From assembly GCA_044229975.1 (NCBI GenBank), contig JBGARZ010000003.1, forward strand, positions 448,001 through 512,000: DNA of 64,000 bases, given 5' to 3'. The notes under the pieces were generated by a model. It did not search any database. It saw only the letters and a program-made list of their open reading frames with translations, and had not been told where the DNA came from. The DNA comes from Polyangiales bacterium. GTDB taxonomy: Bacteria; Myxococcota_A; Polyangia; Polyangiales; Ga0077539. The position numbers were made by a program, and so were the translations under genes. The stretch's first letter is position 1, and every line of letters starts with the position of its first letter. Positions 1 to 10,521 of this stretch are shown here, in pieces.

Positions 1-157
1 GGGTGAGGGCCGCGACGACGAGCGGCGAACCGTCGGCGAGGCCGCGCATCTCGTGCGCGTCGCGCAGCAGGTCGCGGGTCGAGAACTCCTCGACCGAACC
101 ATCGAGTCGCTCTGCGGGAATCCAAGGCTCGCGGGTCAGGTCAAACGAGGGTGTCAT
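1..157 (-). CDS. cas8e: Type I-E Cascade large subunit Cas8e/CasA (Cse1), 5' part; continues past the window edge
   Basis: Not in the ORF track. The minus strand from ATG at 157 reads MTPSFDLTREPWIPAERLDGSVEEFSTRDLLRDAHEMRGLADGSPLVVAALT, matching the CasA N-terminal F(D/N)L..EPWIP motif. GGAGG RBS at 162-166; 12 bp downstream of the cas3 stop. Confidence 0.85.
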   Translation of the reverse strand, partial: MTPSFDLTREPWIPAERLDGSVEEFSTRDLLRDAHEMRGLADGSPLVVAALT

Positions 158-169
158 CGGGCCTCCGGT

Positions 170-2935
<2,766 letters not shown>

Positions 2936-3173
2936 GGGTGCTCGGTGTGCGAAAGGCGCCGCGCTGTCGTTGGTGTGTTGTGCCGCGATGTTGTTCGAGT
3001 GGTGTTGTTGATGCCTCTCCCCATGTCGGCAACGTAGACAGAGGGAGGGTTCACCCGCAACCAGCGCGCGGACATAACCCGTCACACCAAAAACCGTGTC
3101 CTTTCCTCGCGCCTGCGCCCACACCTTCGACCCGCCACATCATGCCGATGCATGCTCTCGCGCGGGAAACCCG

Positions 3174-3383
3174 ATGGACCTGATCGACTACGACGCCTAC
3201 CTCGCGCGGGAGCGCTCGACCGACCAGCGCCACGAGTGGCTCGACCCCAACGCGAGGACCAACCCGGTGGTGCTCGTCGAGGTGCTTTTTGACAGTACCG
3301 AGAGCTACGAAGTGGACCGCGTCTACGACGGCGTCGAGCTCGCCCCGGCGCCACTGCGTGGGCTCCGACGACTGGCGACCTGA
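3174..3383 (+). pseudogene. Uma2-family endonuclease remnant with internal in-frame deletions
   Basis: The 69 aa product joins three Uma2-like blocks (YLARERSTDQRHEWLD / TNPVVLVEVLFDSTESY / VDRVYDGVEL) and lacks the PD motif region. Confidence 0.65.
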
Positions 3384-3636
3384 CCGTCGCGCGCCGCGCT
3401 CACGCTGCGGCGTGGACCCGGAGGCGCCGGGGCAGTGCAAGGCGCGTGGCACGGACCGAGTGCGATGCGCTGATCGAGCGCGATCGCCTTGTCCGATCGC
3501 TTCCGGAAGCCCCGGAGGGGCGCCCGCTTTCGCTTGCCCGGTGGTGCAGGCGCGGGACGCGACCAACCCCGGCGCCGCTGCGACTGCGGTCCTGACCGCC
3601 GCGCGCCGCGCTGACGCTGCGGCGTGGGCCCCGGAG
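3379..3636 (+). repeat. Imperfect ~45 bp direct repeat pair (3379-3423 and 3591-3636)
   Basis: cctgaccgtcgcgcgccgcgctcacgctgcggcgtggacccggag versus cctgaccgccgcgcgccgcgctgacgctgcggcgtgggccccggag. Confidence 0.8.
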
Positions 3637-3686
3637 CCTGCGAGCGTCGCGGACCCGATGCGCCGACGCTTCGGCGCCGGCCCCGA

Positions 3687-6302
3687 TCAGAAGAAGTTGC
3701 CGATGGTGAACTCGAACACCGATGCCTCTTCGTAGGGCAGCCGGTTGAGGGGGAAGCCCCACTCGAAGCGCAGCAGCCCGAGCGGGCTCTGCCAGCGCAC
3801 CCCGAAGCCTGCCGAGAAGCGCAGGTTCACCGGGTTGTCCTGGAAGCGCGTGCACGGGTCGACCACCGACGCGAGCCCCGTCCCGCCCGCGCCGCAGTAC
3901 TGCCGCTCGGTGTTGAACACGTTGCCACCATCGGTGAACACCACGCCGCGGAGACCCACCGCCGTCAGGATCGGGAACTCCACCTCGATGTTGTAATACG
4001 CCTGGATGTTGCCGCCGATGACGGCGCCGTTGGAGACCAGCGGCGCGTTGGGGTCTTGCGACAAGGGGAGCTGGAGGCGCGGCGCGATGGTGCGGAGGCG
4101 GTAGCCGCGCACGTCGAAGATGCCGCCGAGGAAGAAGCGCTCGAAGATGGGCACGCCCTGCGGGCGGTGGCTGAACACCACGCCGCCCTGGAGGTTCATC
4201 TTGAAGACGACGCCGGAGAAGAGCGGGCGGTAGAAGCGGAACCAACCCGACACGCGGGTGTAGACGTTCTGGCTGCCGAAGACGCTGTCGGCCATGTCGA
4301 CGCCGAGGCGCGCGTACACGCCGTCGGTCGGCGTCAGGCGGTTGTCGCGGTTGTCGAAGGCCATCGACACGCCCAGCGAGCTCGTGAAGCCCGACTGGAA
4401 GATGTTGGCGAGCGGCAGGCTGCGGAAGGCCGACGGCAGCGTCGTCTGACCGAACAGACCCGTCGAGGTGCTGGTGTTGGCGCCCACCTGCTCGCCCGTG
4501 TAGCTCGCGAACAAGCGCAGGTTCTGCCCGAGGATGGGGTACCCGAAGGTGAGCGTGCCGCCGGTGCTCGTGCGGCTGAAGTCGGTGTACGCGCGGACCG
4601 TGTTGTAGAGGTCGATCGCGAAGGTCCAGTTGGAGTCGAGGAAGTACGGCTCGACGAAGCGCAGCGAGAAGATCTGCCGCAGGCCCGAGAGCTGCGCCTG
4701 CAACGTCAGCGACTGGCCGCGACCGAAGAGGTTGAGCTGCTGGATCTGCGCGGTCGCGATGAAGTTCTCCACCGAGGAGAAGCCCGCGCCGATCTGGAAG
4801 GTTCCCGTGGGGCGCTCGGCGACCTCGACGTTGACCACGAGCTGATCGGGGTGGCCCTCGACGGGCTCCGTGGAGAGGTCGACCCGCTCGAAGAACCCGA
4901 GCGCCATGATGCGACGGCGCGACGCCTGGTAGGCCGACTCGCTGTACCGCTCGCCCTCGATGATCTCCATCTCGCGGCGGATCACCCGCTCGCTGGTCTT
5001 CGCGTTGCCGCGCACCTCGATGCGGTGGATGTGCACGATGGGGCCACGCACGATGCGAACCGTCAGGTCGACGGTCTGCCGCGCGGTGTCGGGCTGGATG
5101 TCCGGCGTGACCTCGACGTTGGCGTAGCCCGCGTCGCGGTAGTGCGTCTGCACCGCCACGATGTCGCGGCCGATGACGCTGCGGGAGAAGTAGTCGCCCG
5201 GCACGGCGTGGACGCGCTCGCGCATCTGCCGACGGCCGCCGAGGGGATCGACCTCGTTGCCGTCCTCGTCGACCTCCTGCACGCGGAGGCGGCCGATGCG
5301 GTAGCGCGGGCCCTCGCGGATGGGGATGACGATGTCGATGAACTGCCGGTCGGGCGTGAGCGCGACGCGCGGCGTGGCGATGTCGACGGTGAGGTGCCCG
5401 CGGTCGTAGTAGGCCGCGTGCAGGAGGTCCATGTCGTTGCGGAAGGCCTCCTCGCGGAAGGTTCCGCTGGAGGTGATGAACGAGAAGAACCCGCTGGTGC
5501 TCGTGGTCATCACGCCGCGCAGCTCGGAGTCCGTCAGGCTGTGGTTGCCGATGAACTGCACGCTGCGGACCTGCACCTGCTGGCCCTCGACGATGTGGAA
5601 CACGATGTCCACCTCGTTGCGCTCGCCCGGCCGCGCCTCGACGGAGTGCGTCACCCGCGCGAGGAAGAAGCCCTTCTCCTCGTAGAGGTCGAGGAGCTTC
5701 TGGACGTTGCGCCGGATGGCCGCCTCGGAGAGCACCGCGCCGTCGCGGATGTCGATGGTCTCGCGGAGCTTGTCCTCGTCGACGTCGTCGTAGCCCTCGA
5801 AGCGCACCGCGTGGATGGTCGGCCGCTCGGTGAGGTGGAAGCGAACCTCCACGCCGCCTTCGGCGCGCTCGATGCCCACGCGGAGGTCACGGAAGAAACC
5901 CAGGTCGAGCAGCGTGCGCGCGTCGCGCGACACCCGCGCGCGATCGAGACAGTCGCCCGTCCGCACCCGCACCGACTCGCCCATCTCGTCGGCGCTCACG
6001 CGGCGCAGTCCCATGAAGCGAACACGCATCACCCGCTGGCAGGTCGGCGTGGCCGTCGTCGCCGCAGGCGTCTCGGGGGTCTCCGTCGCCGCGGGGGTCT
6101 CCGTCGCCGCGGGCGTCTCCTGCGTCGCAGGCTGATCGGCGGCGGGAGTCTCTTCGACGGGCGTCGTCGCGGGGAGCTGGAGCGCGCTCGGATCGATCTG
6201 GAGTTGCTGCCCCTGGGGGCGTGGCTGCGCCTCGACTCGCCACGAGACGAGCGCGATCACCCACGCCAAAAGACACGCCAGCCGCCAACGCTCAAGAACC
6301 AT
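3687..6302 (-). CDS. bamA: Outer membrane protein assembly factor BamA
   Basis: POTRA repeats (GNAKTSERVIRRE), VRGY motif, SPLGLLRFEWG and C-terminal FEFTIGNFF. Signal peptide from ATG 6302; short ETPAAT repeat at 6079-6120. Confidence 0.97.
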   Translation of the reverse strand: MVLERWRLACLLAWVIALVSWRVEAQPRPQGQQLQIDPSALQLPATTPVEETPAADQPATQETPAATETPAATETPETPAATTATPTCQRVMRVRFMGLRRVSADEMGESVRVRTGDCLDRARVSRDARTLLDLGFFRDLRVGIERAEGGVEVRFHLTERPTIHAVRFEGYDDVDEDKLRETIDIRDGAVLSEAAIRRNVQKLLDLYEEKGFFLARVTHSVEARPGERNEVDIVFHIVEGQQVQVRSVQFIGNHSLTDSELRGVMTTSTSGFFSFITSSGTFREEAFRNDMDLLHAAYYDRGHLTVDIATPRVALTPDRQFIDIVIPIREGPRYRIGRLRVQEVDEDGNEVDPLGGRRQMRERVHAVPGDYFSRSVIGRDIVAVQTHYRDAGYANVEVTPDIQPDTARQTVDLTVRIVRGPIVHIHRIEVRGNAKTSERVIRREMEIIEGERYSESAYQASRRRIMALGFFERVDLSTEPVEGHPDQLVVNVEVAERPTGTFQIGAGFSSVENFIATAQIQQLNLFGRGQSLTLQAQLSGLRQIFSLRFVEPYFLDSNWTFAIDLYNTVRAYTDFSRTSTGGTLTFGYPILGQNLRLFASYTGEQVGANTSTSTGLFGQTTLPSAFRSLPLANIFQSGFTSSLGVSMAFDNRDNRLTPTDGVYARLGVDMADSVFGSQNVYTRVSGWFRFYRPLFSGVVFKMNLQGGVVFSHRPQGVPIFERFFLGGIFDVRGYRLRTIAPRLQLPLSQDPNAPLVSNGAVIGGNIQAYYNIEVEFPILTAVGLRGVVFTDGGNVFNTERQYCGAGGTGLASVVDPCTRFQDNPVNLRFSAGFGVRWQSPLGLLRFEWGFPLNRLPYEEASVFEFTIGNFF

Positions 6303-6392
6303 CTGGGATTGCCGCGCGGCGCTATAACCCGCCCCCGCCGACAGCGGCAAGGACGACCGGCAGTTCGTACCCAACCGGCTACGGGGCGGCGC

Positions 6393-6884
6393 TCAGCGCA
6401 GCGAGGCCGAGCGATCGTGCGGATCGCGGCGGCGTCGCATCGCTCCCGGCGCGAGCGGCCACCCGGCGCGCTCGTGCACCCTCTCGACGAGGCGCGCGGC
6501 GTACTCGGCGGTGTAGCCCCGGTCGGGCCGCGGGCGACACGCGCACAGGCCGCATCGAAACCGCGAGATGGCACCCTGCCAGGTGCGGCAGACACGGAAG
6601 CTGGTGGCGAGCGCGACGGCGGCGTGCCGGGGCGTCCCCGCAGTGAGGCGATGGGTCGGGTCGATGGGCGCACCCCAGCAGCCGCCGCTGCGGGCGGCGC
6701 ATCCGTAGTGGGACTCCAGCATGCCGACGACGAGGAGGACGGCGGGCGGCACACCCTGCGCGAGGGCCGCGTAGTGAATCTGCTGCACGATGTCGTGGCG
6801 GCGCTGCTCGATGCACCCGCGCATCGGCTCGGGGACGCGCGGCAGGATCGCGAGGAGGGCCGCGAAGAGGAGTTCGATGTCCAT
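6393..6884 (-). CDS. Hypothetical protein, divergent lytic-transglycosylase/lysozyme-like
   Basis: GVPPAVLLVVGMLESHYG resembles SLT motif I (catalytic ES); WQGAISRFRCG resembles motif III (ALAAYNAG). Confidence 0.5.
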   Translation of the reverse strand: MDIELLFAALLAILPRVPEPMRGCIEQRRHDIVQQIHYAALAQGVPPAVLLVVGMLESHYGCAARSGGCWGAPIDPTHRLTAGTPRHAAVALATSFRVCRTWQGAISRFRCGLCACRPRPDRGYTAEYAARLVERVHERAGWPLAPGAMRRRRDPHDRSASLR

Positions 6885-7042
6885 GGCGCGGCAGTGCATG
6901 GTGCCCCGACGGCCGAAGCGCACGTCCCCCCTTTCCGGGGGCTCGACCTGGCCAGCCGCACAGACTCGTATTGTCGGCGGGGAGGCGTGTTAGCGTCCGC
7001 GCCAGGGACCCCGCCGCGCGGGGCTCCGATGGAGGCGATCAG

Positions 7043-8287
7043 GTGCTTCGACGAGAACCCCCCCGATGGGTCGACTTCGACCACGCGCGCCTTGAGCTCG
7101 CGCGCCTGAAGCTGTCCGACAGCGGAACCGTCGACGTGCTCTTCGCCCGCGCGGTGGAGATCTGCTCGCGCGCGCTCAACGTCGATCGGGTCGGCGTGTG
7201 GTCCCTCGACCCGTCCATCCCGGGCCTGTGTTGTGTTCATCTGCTCGACCGCAAGGAGCCCGCGTCCCCTGGCGATCGCCTCCGCCAGAGCGACCTCGGT
7301 CGCTACGCCCACGCCCTGATGGAGCGCCGCTTCATCGCGTCGTCCGACGTCCGCGCCGACGCGACCATGGCCGACCTCGTCGCGGAGTACTTCAACCCGC
7401 GCTCCATCGTGTCGACGCTCGATGCGCCGCTCTACCGCGACGGCGAGGTGGTCGGCGTGCTCTGCCACGAGCACCGCGGCTCGCCCCGCGTCTGGACCGA
7501 CGAGGAGGGCGACTTCGCCATCTCCGTCGCCGACATGCTGGCGCACGCGCTCACGACCTCCGACCTCGTCGCAGCCCTGGAGCAGCTCCGAGAAGAGGAG
7601 CGCGCCCGCCAGGACGCCCTGCGCGCCGAGGCCCTCGGTCGCGTCGCGCGCGGCCTCACCCACGACCTCGGCAACTCGCTCCAGTCCATCCTCCTCCAGG
7701 CCGAGTACCTCCTGCGCGTCGCCGACGACCCCGAGCGGGTGCGCGAGGCCACCCACACCATCCGCGACCTCGCGGCGCACGCGGGGCGCCTCACCACCGG
7801 CATGAGGGAGTTTGCCCGCGGCGTCGACGCGAAGCCCGCGCTCGTCGGCATCGACGCGCTGGTGGGGCGCACCGCCGACGCCCTGCGCGCGCTCGCCGGC
7901 GCCGACCGCACGCTCGCCGTCTCTCTCGACGCGGGCGACGCGACGGTGCTCGTCGACCCGATGGGCTTCGAGCGCGCGCTCGCCAACCTCGTCGTCAACG
8001 CCCGCGAGGCCACGCAGCCCGGCGGCGCCATCACCGTGTCTACGACGGCCGATGCGACCACGGCGCACGTCGCCGTGAGCGACGACGGTCATGGCATGGA
8101 CGAGGCGACGCGGGCGCGGGCCTTCGATCCGTTCTTCTCGACGCGCGACGAGGACGCGCAGCGCGGCTTCGGGCTCTCCATCGTGGCGGCGGTGATGCAC
8201 GCGGCGCGGGGCGAGGTGAGCGTTCGGAGCGCGCCGGGTGCGGGTGCGCGCTTCGAGATACGCCTCCCGCGGGTGAGCACACCGTAG
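7043..8287 (+). CDS. GAF-domain sensor histidine kinase (cytoplasmic, no receiver domain)
   Basis: GAF (DRVGVW, STLDAPL, GVLCHEH), H-box HDLGN, N-box NLVVNAREA, DDGHGM, FDPFFST, GFGL. GTG start preceded by GGAGG. Confidence 0.92.
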   Translation: MLRREPPRWVDFDHARLELARLKLSDSGTVDVLFARAVEICSRALNVDRVGVWSLDPSIPGLCCVHLLDRKEPASPGDRLRQSDLGRYAHALMERRFIASSDVRADATMADLVAEYFNPRSIVSTLDAPLYRDGEVVGVLCHEHRGSPRVWTDEEGDFAISVADMLAHALTTSDLVAALEQLREEERARQDALRAEALGRVARGLTHDLGNSLQSILLQAEYLLRVADDPERVREATHTIRDLAAHAGRLTTGMREFARGVDAKPALVGIDALVGRTADALRALAGADRTLAVSLDAGDATVLVDPMGFERALANLVVNAREATQPGGAITVSTTADATTAHVAVSDDGHGMDEATRARAFDPFFSTRDEDAQRGFGLSIVAAVMHAARGEVSVRSAPGAGARFEIRLPRVSTP

Positions 8288-8331
8288 CGCGTGACGGCGC
8301 GCGGGCGATGGGTGCACCATCCTCGGCGACC

Positions 8332-10521
8332 ATGATCGACGTATTCGAACTCGCCCGATACGGCCACGCGCTGCCCGCCCCGGCGCAGGCTCAGCGCCCC
8401 TTCGACCAGACCCTCGGAACCCTCGCGAAGGCGCTGGGCGCCTGGTTCCAGGACGCCTCCGGACGCATCGCCGAGGCGCGCAACGGCGCGGCCGAAGACC
8501 AGGCCGTCATCGCCCGCGAGTGGGACGAGTTCGAGCGGCGGGCGCGCGACGCCCTCAAGCGCTTCGCCGAGAGCGTCGAGCGGCAGCCCACCGCGGCCAC
8601 CATGGGCAAGGTCAACGCCGGCAAGACCCTGATGCTCTCGCGCTGGTACGGCGACCTCGAAGAGCTGCGCGAGCTCCCCGTCGGCGACGCCGACACCACG
8701 GGCTGCCTCACCCGGCTCACCCGCAAGGGCGGCGCGAAGCTCGACGGCGCCATCCGGGTAAAGACCCTGGACAACGCCAGCTTCGAGCGCGAACCCAAGG
8801 CCGCGGAGGAGGCTGCGGCCCTCGATGAGTTTCCTTCCAACCTCTACGTGAGCTTCGAGCCCGGCAACCGCGACGAGTTCGCGCGGGCGCTGCGGGTCTG
8901 CCGCTTTCCGACGGCCGACGACGCGAGCTACGAGCTCGAAGAGGTCCGGCGCGGGGAGTTTCACGTCACGCGGCTCAAGACGGGCGAGTACCGGCTGCGC
9001 TCGCTCCAGCTCCGCGCGAGCGAGGTGACGCTCCGGGTGCGCCCGCTGGCCGAGACCCGCGCGTCGCGCATCTTCGAGGTGCTCGACCTCGTCGACTGCC
9101 CCGGCGCCGATCCGCAGATCGAGGCCGACGCCGCCCGCCACCTCAAGGCCGCCAAGAACCACCTCGTCTTCCTCCAGGCCGTCAACGACCTCGACCTGCT
9201 CATCCTCGTCTGCTCCTCGCAGCCGAGCGCCATCCGCCCCGGAACGCAGCTCCTGCGCGGCCCGTGGCGCCATTGGGTCGAGCGCTGCGAAGGGCAGATG
9301 CGGGGGCGCGTGGTGCTCGGTCTCACCTACGCGGGCGAGGCCATGAAGCAGTGCGCCGAGCGCCTCCGTGAGCTCGATCGCCCCGAGCACGAGCGCCAGC
9401 TCAACACCCTCCAGTCGCTGCCGCAGTCGGTGTTCGGGTCGGTCATCCAACCCCTGCGGGGGGCGCTGGATGGAGCGCTCGCGGGCGCCCTCGACCCCAA
9501 CGACATCACCGCGTGGCCGCCCTTCGTGCTGCTCGAAAACCGCGGCGTCGACCCCGACCTGGAGATCGACCCCGCGCAGATCGCCGAGGCCCGCGCCGCC
9601 GTCGTCGCCCACGTCGACGAGGCGTCCATGCCCGCCGAGACGCCCTTCGCGTGGCGCGTGGTGCACCTCTTCGCGCGGAGCTGGATCGACGACGTCGCCC
9701 GCGTTCGCGCCGCCGACCCGGAGGCCCGCAAGCGCTTCCTGGCGTGGATGGTCGACGTCGCCCTCGCCGTCGTGAACCGCGACGACCGCGGCCACGAGCT
9801 GCTCACGCGGTTGATGCTCTACCTCGGTCACCGCGGCGAGCTGCGACGCGCCCGCTGCGCCGAGCTCGTCACCCTCGCCGAGCGCGCCCGCGACGCGATG
9901 ATCGACCTGCACGAGCGCATCACCCGCGAGCCCCGCGCCGACCAGTCGGCCCTCGACGCGATGGACCAGCTCGTCGCGCGCCTGCGCGAACTGCTCCCAC
10001 GCGAGGGCGTGGCGATTCCGTTTCCCGCGGCGCTGCGGCAGCGCGCGCTCAAGCACCACGACGCCCCTCCCCTCACCTGGGACCTGCTCGTCGCCGAGTG
10101 CATCCGTGCGGCGTGCGGCGCCGTGCAGACGACCGCCCGCGCGCCCGACCTCGCCCTGGAGCTGCGCCCCGTCCTCGAACGCATGCTCGACGCCGACGTC
10201 GCCGCCCGCGCCCTGCGCGCCGACGAGGAGCGCTACCTGGGCGACGAACCCGCCAACGCCGTTCATTGCGCGCACTTCCTCCTGGCGCGGCTCGCGGCCT
10301 CCATCGACTGGTTGCTGCACGCCTCGACCGAGGCACGCGGGGAGTACGCGGCGCGCACGCTGGGCGTCGACCCGCGGCGCACGGAGGTCTATCGAAGACT
10401 GCGGAGGGTGGTGGGCGACCTGCTGGCGCCCGAGGAGGTCGACCCGCTGCTGGCGACCGCGCGCACGCAGCTCGACGCGCTGCTGGCCGAGCTCTCGACC
10501 CCGGAGGCGCCCTCATGCTGA
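8332..10521 (+). CDS. Dynamin-like/SrfC-like P-loop GTPase, ~729 aa
   Basis: G1 GKVNAGKT (8605-8628), G2 DTTGCLTRL, G3 LVDCPG, degenerate G4 (LTYAG) and a long helical C-terminus. Alternative start at 8308. Confidence 0.8.
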   Translation: MIDVFELARYGHALPAPAQAQRPFDQTLGTLAKALGAWFQDASGRIAEARNGAAEDQAVIAREWDEFERRARDALKRFAESVERQPTAATMGKVNAGKTLMLSRWYGDLEELRELPVGDADTTGCLTRLTRKGGAKLDGAIRVKTLDNASFEREPKAAEEAAALDEFPSNLYVSFEPGNRDEFARALRVCRFPTADDASYELEEVRRGEFHVTRLKTGEYRLRSLQLRASEVTLRVRPLAETRASRIFEVLDLVDCPGADPQIEADAARHLKAAKNHLVFLQAVNDLDLLILVCSSQPSAIRPGTQLLRGPWRHWVERCEGQMRGRVVLGLTYAGEAMKQCAERLRELDRPEHERQLNTLQSLPQSVFGSVIQPLRGALDGALAGALDPNDITAWPPFVLLENRGVDPDLEIDPAQIAEARAAVVAHVDEASMPAETPFAWRVVHLFARSWIDDVARVRAADPEARKRFLAWMVDVALAVVNRDDRGHELLTRLMLYLGHRGELRRARCAELVTLAERARDAMIDLHERITREPRADQSALDAMDQLVARLRELLPREGVAIPFPAALRQRALKHHDAPPLTWDLLVAECIRAACGAVQTTARAPDLALELRPVLERMLDADVAARALRADEERYLGDEPANAVHCAHFLLARLAASIDWLLHASTEARGEYAARTLGVDPRRTEVYRRLRRVVGDLLAPEEVDPLLATARTQLDALLAELSTPEAPSC

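Noticed and set aside
3379..3636. Direct repeats near cas3 as a CRISPR array
   Set aside because: Only two copies, about 45 bp long with a ~167 bp gap; type I-E arrays have ~29 bp repeats and ~32 bp spacers.
3624..7109. 1161 aa + strand ORF
   Set aside because: Antisense shadow of bamA, typical of stop-poor GC-rich DNA; no motifs.
7198..8307. N-terminal ~370 aa of the 1107 aa ORF
   Set aside because: Arg/Pro-rich off-frame overlap of the histidine kinase; protein-like sequence starts at 8308/8332.
9513..10514. N-terminal 334 aa of the 1281 aa ORF, or a programmed frameshift fusion with the GTPase
   Set aside because: Off-frame overlap; an RBS plus ATG at 10515 explains the gene, and no slippery site was seen.
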